Below are positions 8,907 to 16,797 of a stretch of 64,000 nucleotides of DNA, one piece after another. Source of the DNA: Puniceicoccales bacterium (GTDB lineage Bacteria > Verrucomicrobiota > Verrucomicrobiia > Opitutales > LL51); NCBI GenBank assembly GCA_031284265.1, contig JAITAG010000039.1:2983-66982 (forward strand), written 5' to 3'. Position numbers and translations under genes: made by a program. The notes beneath the pieces are model-generated. The model was not told where the DNA came from, ran no database searches, and saw only the letters and a list, made by a program, of their open reading frames with translations. Position 1 is the stretch's first letter; each line of letters begins with the position of its first letter.

Positions 8907-9272
8907 CTAAGGGCGGGGGCGACTTTCTTTGATTAGGACTATTTTTAGCCGAGTCGATATGCATCGCACATCGGCTCGGTAAATGGAAAATCTCAGTCAA
9001 GGGAAATATCTCCGGCCAATCCACGGGCATCGTCAGCGGATCGGCCGGGGAAGTCCAAGAAAAATAAAAGTTTACTCCGCACGGCGCGAAGCGCCGGGCG
9101 GGTGTGACTTTTGTTGCTTATTTTTGTTGCTTTTGAGGCCCAGCCGAGCGAAAATTTCGCTTCGGCTGGGCCTCAAAATGAGGTCAAGGAGTCCGTGACT
9201 CCTTGCGGGGTCACGGTGCGGAGCCCCGTGGCAAGCTTCCTTGCGGGAGTCCTGATGGCGGAGCCCTTTGGA
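8907..9272 (+). repeat. GC-rich hairpin-module mosaic, array 4 (partly degenerate: B-I-H-J-C-D-K-E)
   Basis: CCGCACGGCGCgaaGCGCCGGGCGG; TTTTGAGGCCCAGCCGAGCG..CGCTTCGGCTGGGCCTCAAAA (9137-9172 core); CAAGGAGTccgtgACTCCTTG; CACGGtGCggaGCcCCGTG. Confidence 0.8.
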
Positions 9273-9294
9273 CAGAAAACACCATGGTAAATTT

Positions 9295-9384
9295 TGGCGG
9301 AGAGGGAGGGATTTGAACCCTCGGTACCGTTGCCGGTACGCCTGATTTCGAGTCAGGTACAATCAACCGCTCTGCCACCTCTCC
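9295..9384 (-). tRNA. tRNA-Ser (CGA)
   Basis: The reverse complement folds with acceptor GGAGAGG/CCTCTCC, anticodon arm CCTGA-CTCGAAA-TCAGG, a long variable arm and T-arm GAGGG-TTCAAAT-CCCTC. CCA is encoded. Confidence 0.9.
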
Positions 9385-9485
9385 GTGTTTTTAGATCCGA
9401 TTGCCAGGGAAAAATATATTGCCCATTTGTCCACGTTAAAGTTTTCATTGGAGCGGGTAAAACCAGCGAAAATGTTTTATTTTTG

Positions 9486-9575
9486 TGGCGGAGAGAGAGG
9501 GGTTCGAACCCTCGATACCATTGCTGGTATGCCGGTTTTCAAGACCGGTGCAATCAACCACTCTGCCATCTCTCC
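9486..9575 (-). tRNA. tRNA-Ser (TGA)
   Basis: The reverse complement folds with acceptor GGAGAGA/TCTCTCC, anticodon arm CCGGT-CTTGAAA-ACCGG and a long variable arm. CCA is encoded. Confidence 0.9.
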
Positions 9576-9597
9576 TTTGTCGGTTAAAATTATCGAT

Positions 9598-10344
9598 TTA
9601 GAATTCGGGATGCGATTGCAAAAATTTTTCAGCTTCCGCTAAATCTTCCGCCGTATCGATGCCGATGGTAGGTTCCCGTGTTCGGATGCATTGGATGGAA
9701 ATTCCATTTTCGAGCAGGCGCAATTGTTCGAGTTGTTCGGCCTGTTCCAGTATGCCTTTTGTGGGGTATTGCGTTAGGACTTTCCTGTGGTAGCCGTAGA
9801 CACCCACGTGACCCCAAAATTGGTGGCGTAGGGGCCATTGTTCCCGTTCGGAAATATCCCTTAGAAATGGAATGGGACTTCGTGAAAAATAGATTGCGCG
9901 GCCATGGGAATCCAGAACAACTTTGACGCGATGGGGATTGAAGAGCATTTCCGCTGATGCTATGGGGTAGATTGCCGTCCATACGTCCGGGGAAGGATTT
10001 TTGGCTGCGGCAATCATTTGTTCCAATGGATCCAGCGCAATAAAAGGTTCATCCCCTTGAACATTGATTATAAAATCGCCCCGCAATCGATCGATTGCCG
10101 ATGCCGTCCGTTCGGTCCCGGAAGTGCAATCCTTTGGGGTGAGCATTCCCTGAAATCCCCACTGGGAGACGAGTTGTAGGACGTGTTCGTTGTCGACGAG
10201 TGCGACGATTTCATCCACATGCTGAAGTTTCGTTATCCGTTCTAGTACGCGGCGCAAAAGGGGAATTCCGCCTAAATTTTGTAGAATCTTCCCGGGAAAG
10301 CGGGAAGATTGTAATCGTGCCGGAACTGTAATACTAACCCTCAT
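9598..10344 (-). CDS. kdsB: 3-deoxy-manno-octulosonate cytidylyltransferase (CMP-Kdo synthetase)
   Basis: The N-terminal 'VPARLQSSRFPGKIL' and 'NVQGDEPF' motifs are typical of KdsB. Confidence 0.85.
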   Translation of the reverse strand: MRVSITVPARLQSSRFPGKILQNLGGIPLLRRVLERITKLQHVDEIVALVDNEHVLQLVSQWGFQGMLTPKDCTSGTERTASAIDRLRGDFIINVQGDEPFIALDPLEQMIAAAKNPSPDVWTAIYPIASAEMLFNPHRVKVVLDSHGRAIYFSRSPIPFLRDISEREQWPLRHQFWGHVGVYGYHRKVLTQYPTKGILEQAEQLEQLRLLENGISIQCIRTREPTIGIDTAEDLAEAEKFLQSHPEF

Positions 10345-10450
10345 TATAAATAAACGACATTATCCTCCAGACAAAGCTGCGCAGATAGAAATGATAAAAC
10401 CATCATCTAGTCCAGGTTGTGGGGATAAATATTAAAATTTCAAAACACCC

Positions 10451-10552
10451 CTACGCACCCCAGAGGCGTTTTTTATGGCGATTGGCCTTTGAACGCTTGC
10501 TGCGCTTATGCTTATTCATCTTTAACCGACGTTTTTTCTTTAAATTTCCCAT
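10451..10552 (-). CDS. 33-aa highly basic micro-protein (bS22 / AURKAIP1-like small ribosomal-type protein)
   Basis: My own translation of the minus strand gives [33 protein letters not shown]. It is absent from the ORF track (<60 aa) and resembles the 'MGS.KKRR.KM.KHKHRK' family. Confidence 0.5.
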   Translation of the reverse strand: MGNLKKKRRLKMNKHKRSKRSKANRHKKRLWGA

Positions 10553-10891
10553 AATATGGCAACGTAACAGAGAATAGGGGTAAAGAAGACATGGGCTAAG
10601 TAAAGCTTATTTTTGAAATTTTTCAGAATAATTGGAGCATAAAAATACTCGGCGATAGGGGAAGATGTCTAAGGCTAGGTGATTTTTATGGAAATGCGAT
10701 GCATGGCGGAGAAATGGATGAGTTGGTCAGATTTCGCAATGCGTTGGTTGGATTGGCAAATATATTTAAAAATTTGAAATTTCCAAAAATTAATAGCAAG
10801 AAAAAGTAATGTCTTCCAAATGATCGATGCCATGGAAAAACATGGCTTGAGGCAGCTTTGCCGTTGAACTAAAAGCCATGGAAAAGCGGAA

Positions 10892-10922
10892 TAAAAAAAC
10901 TTCCCAGAAATGGGAAGTTTTT
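10892..10922 (-). terminator. rho-independent terminator downstream of the ATP/ADP translocase gene
   Basis: Minus strand reads GGAAAAACTTCCCAtttcTGGGAAGTTTTTTT, a stem followed by a U-tract, 23 nt after the stop at 10945. Confidence 0.7.
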
Positions 10923-10944
10923 CCAAGAAAAGATAAAAATGAAA

Positions 10945-12468
10945 TTATTTTGCCGATTTTTCGGAGATGGCTTCCACCCGACGGCTCAGGGCTTTGACGG
11001 AAAGTATCCATAGGGCACAAATGCCGATGAAGATGGTAAATGTGTAGGGCGCAATCGTGAAGTAATTGGCTCCGGGAATGAGCAGGAGTAGGGATTGAAT
11101 CCAGGCTCCACCGGCCTTGCCGAAACGTCCACCGACCACTTCCACAACGGCCTTGCCCTTAACTTTCATATCTTCGTCGAGGGGAATGTAAGCCATTTCC
11201 TTCGTTAGATCGAATAGGGCATATTTGACGGCCTTTGAAATGGCGACTACCAGCGCGCCGAATATGACCGCGCAGAATAGGGGAGTCGTCGCGAAGGATT
11301 GTAGCAGTGTGGCCAAATTCTCTCGGAATAGAACAAAAATGAAAAACGAAGAGCCCAGTAGGAATAGCATGAGTGGCGTCGCAAGGGCTGCCGTAAACCA
11401 GCGGCAATTGCGAAGAATGTTACCGCCAATGATGAGCATGACCATTGATGCGATGCCGCCGTAGAAGGTAAATTGATTCATGAACGTATTGTAGGCATTG
11501 GGATCGGAATACTGCATTCCCAATTGCTTTTTCCAAAGGCCTTCCACTAGATTGACACTGATACCATAGCATACGACCAGCGCCACGATGAGACCCAGGT
11601 AGGGGGACGTGAAAATGACTTTAAAACTTTGTAGGAGAGGCATTTTTTTCTTACCCTTTCCCGTATTGCCGGGAAGTTCCGGCTTGTCGTAGAAGCGCTT
11701 ATCGGTGAGCACATATCGATAAATCCAGCGGTAAATGCCCATGGCAATGAGTCCTAGGACAACGACGATCCCCATCATATATTTCAGGGAAATTTCCCAG
11801 GCGTCGACGCCGGCGGGAACTTTCGTACGAATATCGGAACACCATTCGCCGACTTTACCCTCCAATAGAACGGATATTTGGGCCATGAGTGCAAAGAACG
11901 CATACATTCGCTTAGCTTCGGAAGTTTTTGTGATTTGGTTAGCAAATTGCCAAAAGGACAGCGATAGCAGCGCCGATCCCCAGATTTCTGCCAAAATATA
12001 AAAAAGGGAATAGGACCAATTTCCAACGATGGCAATGGGCCAATGGAGGAAACCCGGAGCGGCTTCTCGCCAATTGGCTATGGTTTGGGGAGAGAAATGC
12101 AATAAGTCCAGATGGGGATAGATAAAAAATGCAAAGCAGCCGAAGAAGAGAATAAACGGCGTCAATGTCACATAGAATAGATGTTCATTGGTGAAAATAT
12201 TACTCGCCTTGGCATAGAGGAGCATGAAGATAATTGCCGCCGGCGCAACACAGTACCCTTTCAGAAACGGGATAACCTCCGCATCGGATCCTGGGCCCGT
12301 AACGATAAGCGAATCTTTAATGTTCCTCAAACAGGTGTAGTTAAAAAGAATACAAAAGAACATAAATCCCATGGGGATTGCTTTTTTGAGTTCGTACACA
12401 TAGAGTGGGAAAAAGATGCGTCGCAATTTTCCAAACTCTTGACCATTTCCTTGATTTATATCAGCCAT
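10945..12468 (-). CDS. tlc: ATP/ADP antiporter (nucleotide transport protein, Tlc/Npt family, TC 2.A.12)
   Basis: The N-terminus 'FGKLRRIFFPLYVYELKKAIPMGFMFFCILFNYTCLRNIKDSLIVT' closely mirrors the chlamydial Npt1 / rickettsial Tlc N-terminus. About 12 TM segments, 507 aa. Confidence 0.9.
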   Translation of the reverse strand: MADINQGNGQEFGKLRRIFFPLYVYELKKAIPMGFMFFCILFNYTCLRNIKDSLIVTGPGSDAEVIPFLKGYCVAPAAIIFMLLYAKASNIFTNEHLFYVTLTPFILFFGCFAFFIYPHLDLLHFSPQTIANWREAAPGFLHWPIAIVGNWSYSLFYILAEIWGSALLSLSFWQFANQITKTSEAKRMYAFFALMAQISVLLEGKVGEWCSDIRTKVPAGVDAWEISLKYMMGIVVVLGLIAMGIYRWIYRYVLTDKRFYDKPELPGNTGKGKKKMPLLQSFKVIFTSPYLGLIVALVVCYGISVNLVEGLWKKQLGMQYSDPNAYNTFMNQFTFYGGIASMVMLIIGGNILRNCRWFTAALATPLMLFLLGSSFFIFVLFRENLATLLQSFATTPLFCAVIFGALVVAISKAVKYALFDLTKEMAYIPLDEDMKVKGKAVVEVVGGRFGKAGGAWIQSLLLLIPGANYFTIAPYTFTIFIGICALWILSVKALSRRVEAISEKSAK

Positions 12469-12725
12469 AACTTACCTCTAGTTATTGAATGTTACATTAA
12501 CTCATTAATTAAACGTTAAGAGTCAAATACGTTTCTTTAGTATACAGTACTTCATTATTAGACAAGTTATTTTTTTAATTAATTATAATAGTACCCCCTT
12601 TGGGGTTTGTGTATGGATCAATAAACTAAAAAATATAATAAAAAATAATTATTTTCTTAAAAAATACTTTACATCGTAAAAATAATCAATAATTTATCAA
12701 ACTGTAGTTTAATTAAAATAAGCGT

Positions 12726-14018
12726 ATGAAAAACAGTAATAGAATAAAAATAGTATCGGCAATGATTGCGGGTACTTTGGGTGCTTCTTTCGTGGGACAA
12801 ATGGCGTTGGGGTGGCCCTGGAGTTGGTTCCGGAATAGGCCCCATATCGAAGCTAATCCTAGTCCGGATAATGAACAGCTTGTAGGTGATTCGTCAACGG
12901 AGAAAATTTCGATGTCTACAGACGAAGAAACGGAAGATACTGCATTGACTAGTAAGGAAGAGTATTTGGAAGATGCTTTGAAAGCAGGAAAAGTTCAAAT
13001 ATTTATGGATGGAAAAACGCAAATTTTTGTGTTGCTCAATGATGAAAACAAGCTATGTTTTTTACCTTTAAAAGATAAGGAAAAGTTTATTCAAGAGTTT
13101 GATGCAAATTCAATTAAAGATGATTGTTGCATGATCCTTGGAGGCATAGGGTTCTCATTGATTTTCAGTCGTGTCCAAGCGAGAGAGCAAATGGCATTTT
13201 ATGGATGCGATGTGTATGGAAAGCTTCTTAAACGCATTTTGGAAGCAGGAAATAATTTGCCTCAAAGGGAAAGGTATTTGGAAGATGCTTTGGCTGCAGG
13301 AGAAGTTCACATATTTACAGATGAAAAAGCGCACGCTGTTGTATGGGTCGACAGTGAAGGAAATCCATGTTTTTTACCTTTAAAAGATAAAACAGAATTT
13401 AAAAAGTTTAATAAAGATTTAATTGAAGATTTAATTGAAGATGATTATTGCCATGTCCTTCCCAGCCAACTGCTAGCACACCTTGCAGATAGGGACGAAA
13501 TGCAACAGCAAACGAAATTCTATGGAGCCGATGTGAATGAAAAGTTTTATAAACGCATCGTAAAAAGAAAATCTGATTTGGACAAAAAATTTAGTACAAG
13601 CAAATCGCAATGCCTAATGATTTTGAAGGATGATAAATGGAATGCGGTTTTGGTTGCTTTTAACTGGAATACGGGAAAATTGATGCCGCTTATAAATGGC
13701 ACAATGGGATCAGAATGTGAACGCGCATATGAAGTAAAACTTCCCCATGCAATTTACAACAAAATAGTTCTCCTTTTCAAGGTTATCCCAGATGCTTGTA
13801 TGATATACGATTGGAAAGCAAAGGCATTCAAAGTTGTGAAATGGAGCGTTGGCATAGCAGCAGCAAGTGCCAAGGATTTCGGCGGAAGGGCTTCGGAAAG
13901 TGCTAGAGATCTCGGTGGAAGAGCTTGGGAAGGTGTCAAGAGTCTCGGCGGAAGGGCTTGGAAAAAAGCTTGGGAAACTGCCAGGAATTTTACTGCAGTG
14001 AATCCTATTGCTGATTAA
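12726..14018 (+). CDS. orphan signal-peptide protein with two ~104-aa internal repeats and a C-terminal (D/S)LGGRAW x3 motif
   Basis: N-terminal 'IKIVSAMIAGTLGASFVGQMALG'. A 312-bp periodicity links 12962 to 13274 ('YLEDAL.AG.V.IF.D....CFLPLKDK..F'). No family recognised. Confidence 0.6.
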   Translation: MKNSNRIKIVSAMIAGTLGASFVGQMALGWPWSWFRNRPHIEANPSPDNEQLVGDSSTEKISMSTDEETEDTALTSKEEYLEDALKAGKVQIFMDGKTQIFVLLNDENKLCFLPLKDKEKFIQEFDANSIKDDCCMILGGIGFSLIFSRVQAREQMAFYGCDVYGKLLKRILEAGNNLPQRERYLEDALAAGEVHIFTDEKAHAVVWVDSEGNPCFLPLKDKTEFKKFNKDLIEDLIEDDYCHVLPSQLLAHLADRDEMQQQTKFYGADVNEKFYKRIVKRKSDLDKKFSTSKSQCLMILKDDKWNAVLVAFNWNTGKLMPLINGTMGSECERAYEVKLPHAIYNKIVLLFKVIPDACMIYDWKAKAFKVVKWSVGIAAASAKDFGGRASESARDLGGRAWEGVKSLGGRAWKKAWETARNFTAVNPIAD

Positions 14019-14037
14019 CATAGATGTAATTCGTGGA

Positions 14038-14069
14038 GCGGACCCATATGGTCCGTTTCATCGTTTTTA
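14038..14069 (+). terminator. candidate rho-independent terminator after the orphan repeat protein
   Basis: GCGGACC-catat-GGTCCGT followed by TTCATCGTTTTT. Confidence 0.5.
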
Positions 14070-14126
14070 TGAAGGAAAGCGAACGTGCATAGGCTCTACT
14101 CAAAAATTCGTTCGGCGAAATAAGTC

Positions 14127-16598
14127 TTAGACTTCTTCGGGTTGAAGGAGCTCTTGTATGTGTTCGAGAAAAAATTCTGTGTTGCGTTTGGGTGACTGTA
14201 TGGAATCAATAACATCACTGAATAGGGAACTTTTTCTTTCCTGTAAACGTTGAATGCCGGATTCTATTGAATTTTGGGTAATGAAGCGGTAAACGGTTAC
14301 ATTTTTTTCTTGGCCGATGCGATGCACGCGGTCTATGGCCTGTCTTTCCGTTGCCGGATTCCACCAAGGATCCATTAAAAATACTAATTCGGCTGCAGTC
14401 AAAGTAATACCAGTTCCTCCCGCTTTAAGGGAAACTAGCATAACGGCGTGATTGGCAATATTTTGAAACTCATCTACCACCACATTGCGATTTTTTGTTG
14501 CACCAATAATTTCAAAGCAATCAACGGTGGGAAAATTGTCTATAATTACCCGTTTTACGCGCTGGAGCAGCGTAACAAATTGACTGAAAATGACGATTTT
14601 TTTCTGAGCTCCAGAAAACTCACGGCACAACATGTTGCGGAGTAGCATGAGTTTGCCACTATCTTCAATGGTCGCATTAACGGAGGGAATAATGCCAGGG
14701 TCACATGCGACTTGGCGTAGACGTGTTAGAGCTGATAGAATGCCAAAACGGTGATTTTTTAGGTCAAATTGATGACGTTCGTCACCATAGCGCTTAAGGG
14801 TAATATCGATGAAATTTTTATAGAGCGTCTGCTGTAATTGAGTCATTTCGCAGGGAACATTAATTTCCATTTTTTGTGGCAATTCACGCGCCACGGTTTC
14901 CTTCGTACGGCGCAGCATGAATGGTGCAATTTGTTTTTTGATCTTTTCGACGATGTCCTCCGTTTTACACATGTCGATGAATTGGTTTCTTTCGCCCAAT
15001 AAGCCTGGCATCAGAAAGCGGAAAATACTCCATAAATCCATCAGATTATTTTCAATTGGCGTGCCACTGAGTGCTAATCGCCATTGGGAACGAATTGCCG
15101 TACATGCATGAAAAACCTTCGTCGTTGGATTTTTTATAAATTGTGCCTCATCGAGAACCGCAAGTTGAAAATTTTTCTTTGTAATGGCTGTTTTATGGCG
15201 CCGCATTTGGGTGTAGCTCACTACCCAAACGTGGGTATGGGGATCGTCAAGATCCGCATTGGCTGAGAAAATTTGAACATTTAATTTGGGAAAAAATTTT
15301 TCCGCTTCGCTCTTCCAAACGTAAACCACGCTCGCCGGACAAAAGACAATCGTTTGTTGTTCGGCACTCATTTTAGAAATAAACGTCAGCACCTGTAGCG
15401 TCTTTCCAAGGCCCATATCGTCGGCGATGAGTCCGTGGAAGCCATGCTGTAAAATGTGGTTAATCCACAGGACACCTTCCCGTTGGTAGGAGCGCAAAAT
15501 TTTGGGAAGTATAAAAGATTTTTTAGGTGGAGCCCAAAAGGATTGTTTCCATTCGACAATTTGAGGGCTATTTTCGTAGGGAATATCCGTCTGACTAAAA
15601 ATGGAATACATCATATAGCGAGGGATTTCGCCGTTAAATTTATTCAAAGCCGATTGCTGAGCGCGGGCACTGGCAATTTCCCGATTCGACATTCGGACGG
15701 CACCCAATCCATCGATGAACATCGGACTGCCATCGCTGCGTAAAAGTTTTTTAGCGACGTTCTGGGATGCGGAAAATTCCTGGTTGGAAAGCTTGAGCGA
15801 GCAATCAATTACCTGGTCCCGATGTTCCCGTTCTCGGACCGTAAATGTTGCGTGAACTTCCTTCGTTCCCTGGCGTAATTTTTGCACATTATCATCCATT
15901 TGGATGATAAAATTTTCGCTCCAACGGGAAAGCGTGGAGCGACAAAAATCGATGGCCATGGAGACATTGGCAATGCGGTATTCTTTGCTTTTCTTAAAAA
16001 GAAGGAACCCGGCCTTACGCGTCAAATGGATCAGTTTGACAACGGCACTGCGATCCCGTTCGGAAATGACACCGCTGCAGCGGGATAAATTATCCGGGAA
16101 AACCAGTTTACCACTGGCTGTCCAGTAGGCTTTGAAACACAGGTTTTGTCCGGACATGTAAAACGATAGGCGCAGGGATTTTGGCGCTTGGACACTTTCT
16201 CCATCGCTGCTATCACTTATAACTTTATCCGCAACATTATCCTGATCGGTTTCCGGTGCAAATAAGGCATCCTGTTTATCGAGGATTACTTCGTCGACGG
16301 CAAGGAGCGCGGCCACGGCCGGTTTACTGTTATCGAGGAGCGAAGAGCGCGCCGATAACTGTCCTTCTTCCAGGTCTACTACGGCGAAAAATTGCGACTT
16401 ATTATTGCCGAGATAGCGTACGATCACATCATCGGGACGTATCTCGATTTCCTTGATCGTATGCTTATCCAAAAAGTCTATACCTTCTCGAATGTCGCTG
16501 CGAGAAAAAGATTTTTGCCAATCATTGGTTGCAAAAATATCCATCCATTTCTCAAGCGATTGCCGCTTGAACGTAACTGCTGGTGAACGATTATACAT
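14127..16598 (-). CDS. SNF2/RapA-family helicase-like ATPase
   Basis: Motif I 'ADDMGLGKTLQ', motif II 'LDEAQFIKN', 'LSGTPIENNLMDLWS', and the helicase-C region 'GGTGITLTAAELVFLMDPWWNPATERQAIDRVHRIGQ'. Confidence 0.85.
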   Translation of the reverse strand: MYNRSPAVTFKRQSLEKWMDIFATNDWQKSFSRSDIREGIDFLDKHTIKEIEIRPDDVIVRYLGNNKSQFFAVVDLEEGQLSARSSLLDNSKPAVAALLAVDEVILDKQDALFAPETDQDNVADKVISDSSDGESVQAPKSLRLSFYMSGQNLCFKAYWTASGKLVFPDNLSRCSGVISERDRSAVVKLIHLTRKAGFLLFKKSKEYRIANVSMAIDFCRSTLSRWSENFIIQMDDNVQKLRQGTKEVHATFTVREREHRDQVIDCSLKLSNQEFSASQNVAKKLLRSDGSPMFIDGLGAVRMSNREIASARAQQSALNKFNGEIPRYMMYSIFSQTDIPYENSPQIVEWKQSFWAPPKKSFILPKILRSYQREGVLWINHILQHGFHGLIADDMGLGKTLQVLTFISKMSAEQQTIVFCPASVVYVWKSEAEKFFPKLNVQIFSANADLDDPHTHVWVVSYTQMRRHKTAITKKNFQLAVLDEAQFIKNPTTKVFHACTAIRSQWRLALSGTPIENNLMDLWSIFRFLMPGLLGERNQFIDMCKTEDIVEKIKKQIAPFMLRRTKETVARELPQKMEINVPCEMTQLQQTLYKNFIDITLKRYGDERHQFDLKNHRFGILSALTRLRQVACDPGIIPSVNATIEDSGKLMLLRNMLCREFSGAQKKIVIFSQFVTLLQRVKRVIIDNFPTVDCFEIIGATKNRNVVVDEFQNIANHAVMLVSLKAGGTGITLTAAELVFLMDPWWNPATERQAIDRVHRIGQEKNVTVYRFITQNSIESGIQRLQERKSSLFSDVIDSIQSPKRNTEFFLEHIQELLQPEEV

Positions 16599-16797
16599 AT
16601 TTATCTACTCAAGGATTCTTTTATTCTGCAAAAAAAAAATAAAAATATCAAGTTTTTTCTGAAATTTATTTTTTTGATTGCTTTTTGATTGCTTTGGATT
16701 GCCTAGACGGCTGTAAATTGGAGCGATTGGGAAAGGTTCGTGAGGGAATAAAATTCTTTTGCAATGAAGGACTTGAATTTTAATCAAAAGTTTTTTC

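Noticed and set aside
9294-9642. ORFs 9294-9587 and 9385-9642 (+), and ORFs 53629-53811, 53798-53980 and 53889-54128.
   Set aside because: They run through the tRNA-Ser, tRNA-Thr and tRNA-Lys genes. The tRNA cloverleaf folds explain these sequences.
16655-16720. Short T-rich direct repeats (TGATTGCTTT x2, GGATTGCC) upstream of dnaG, and similar TTGTTGCTT repeats at 9108-9135.
   Set aside because: They are very short, low-complexity and not obviously related to DnaA boxes or the module family. They could be chance in AT-rich DNA.
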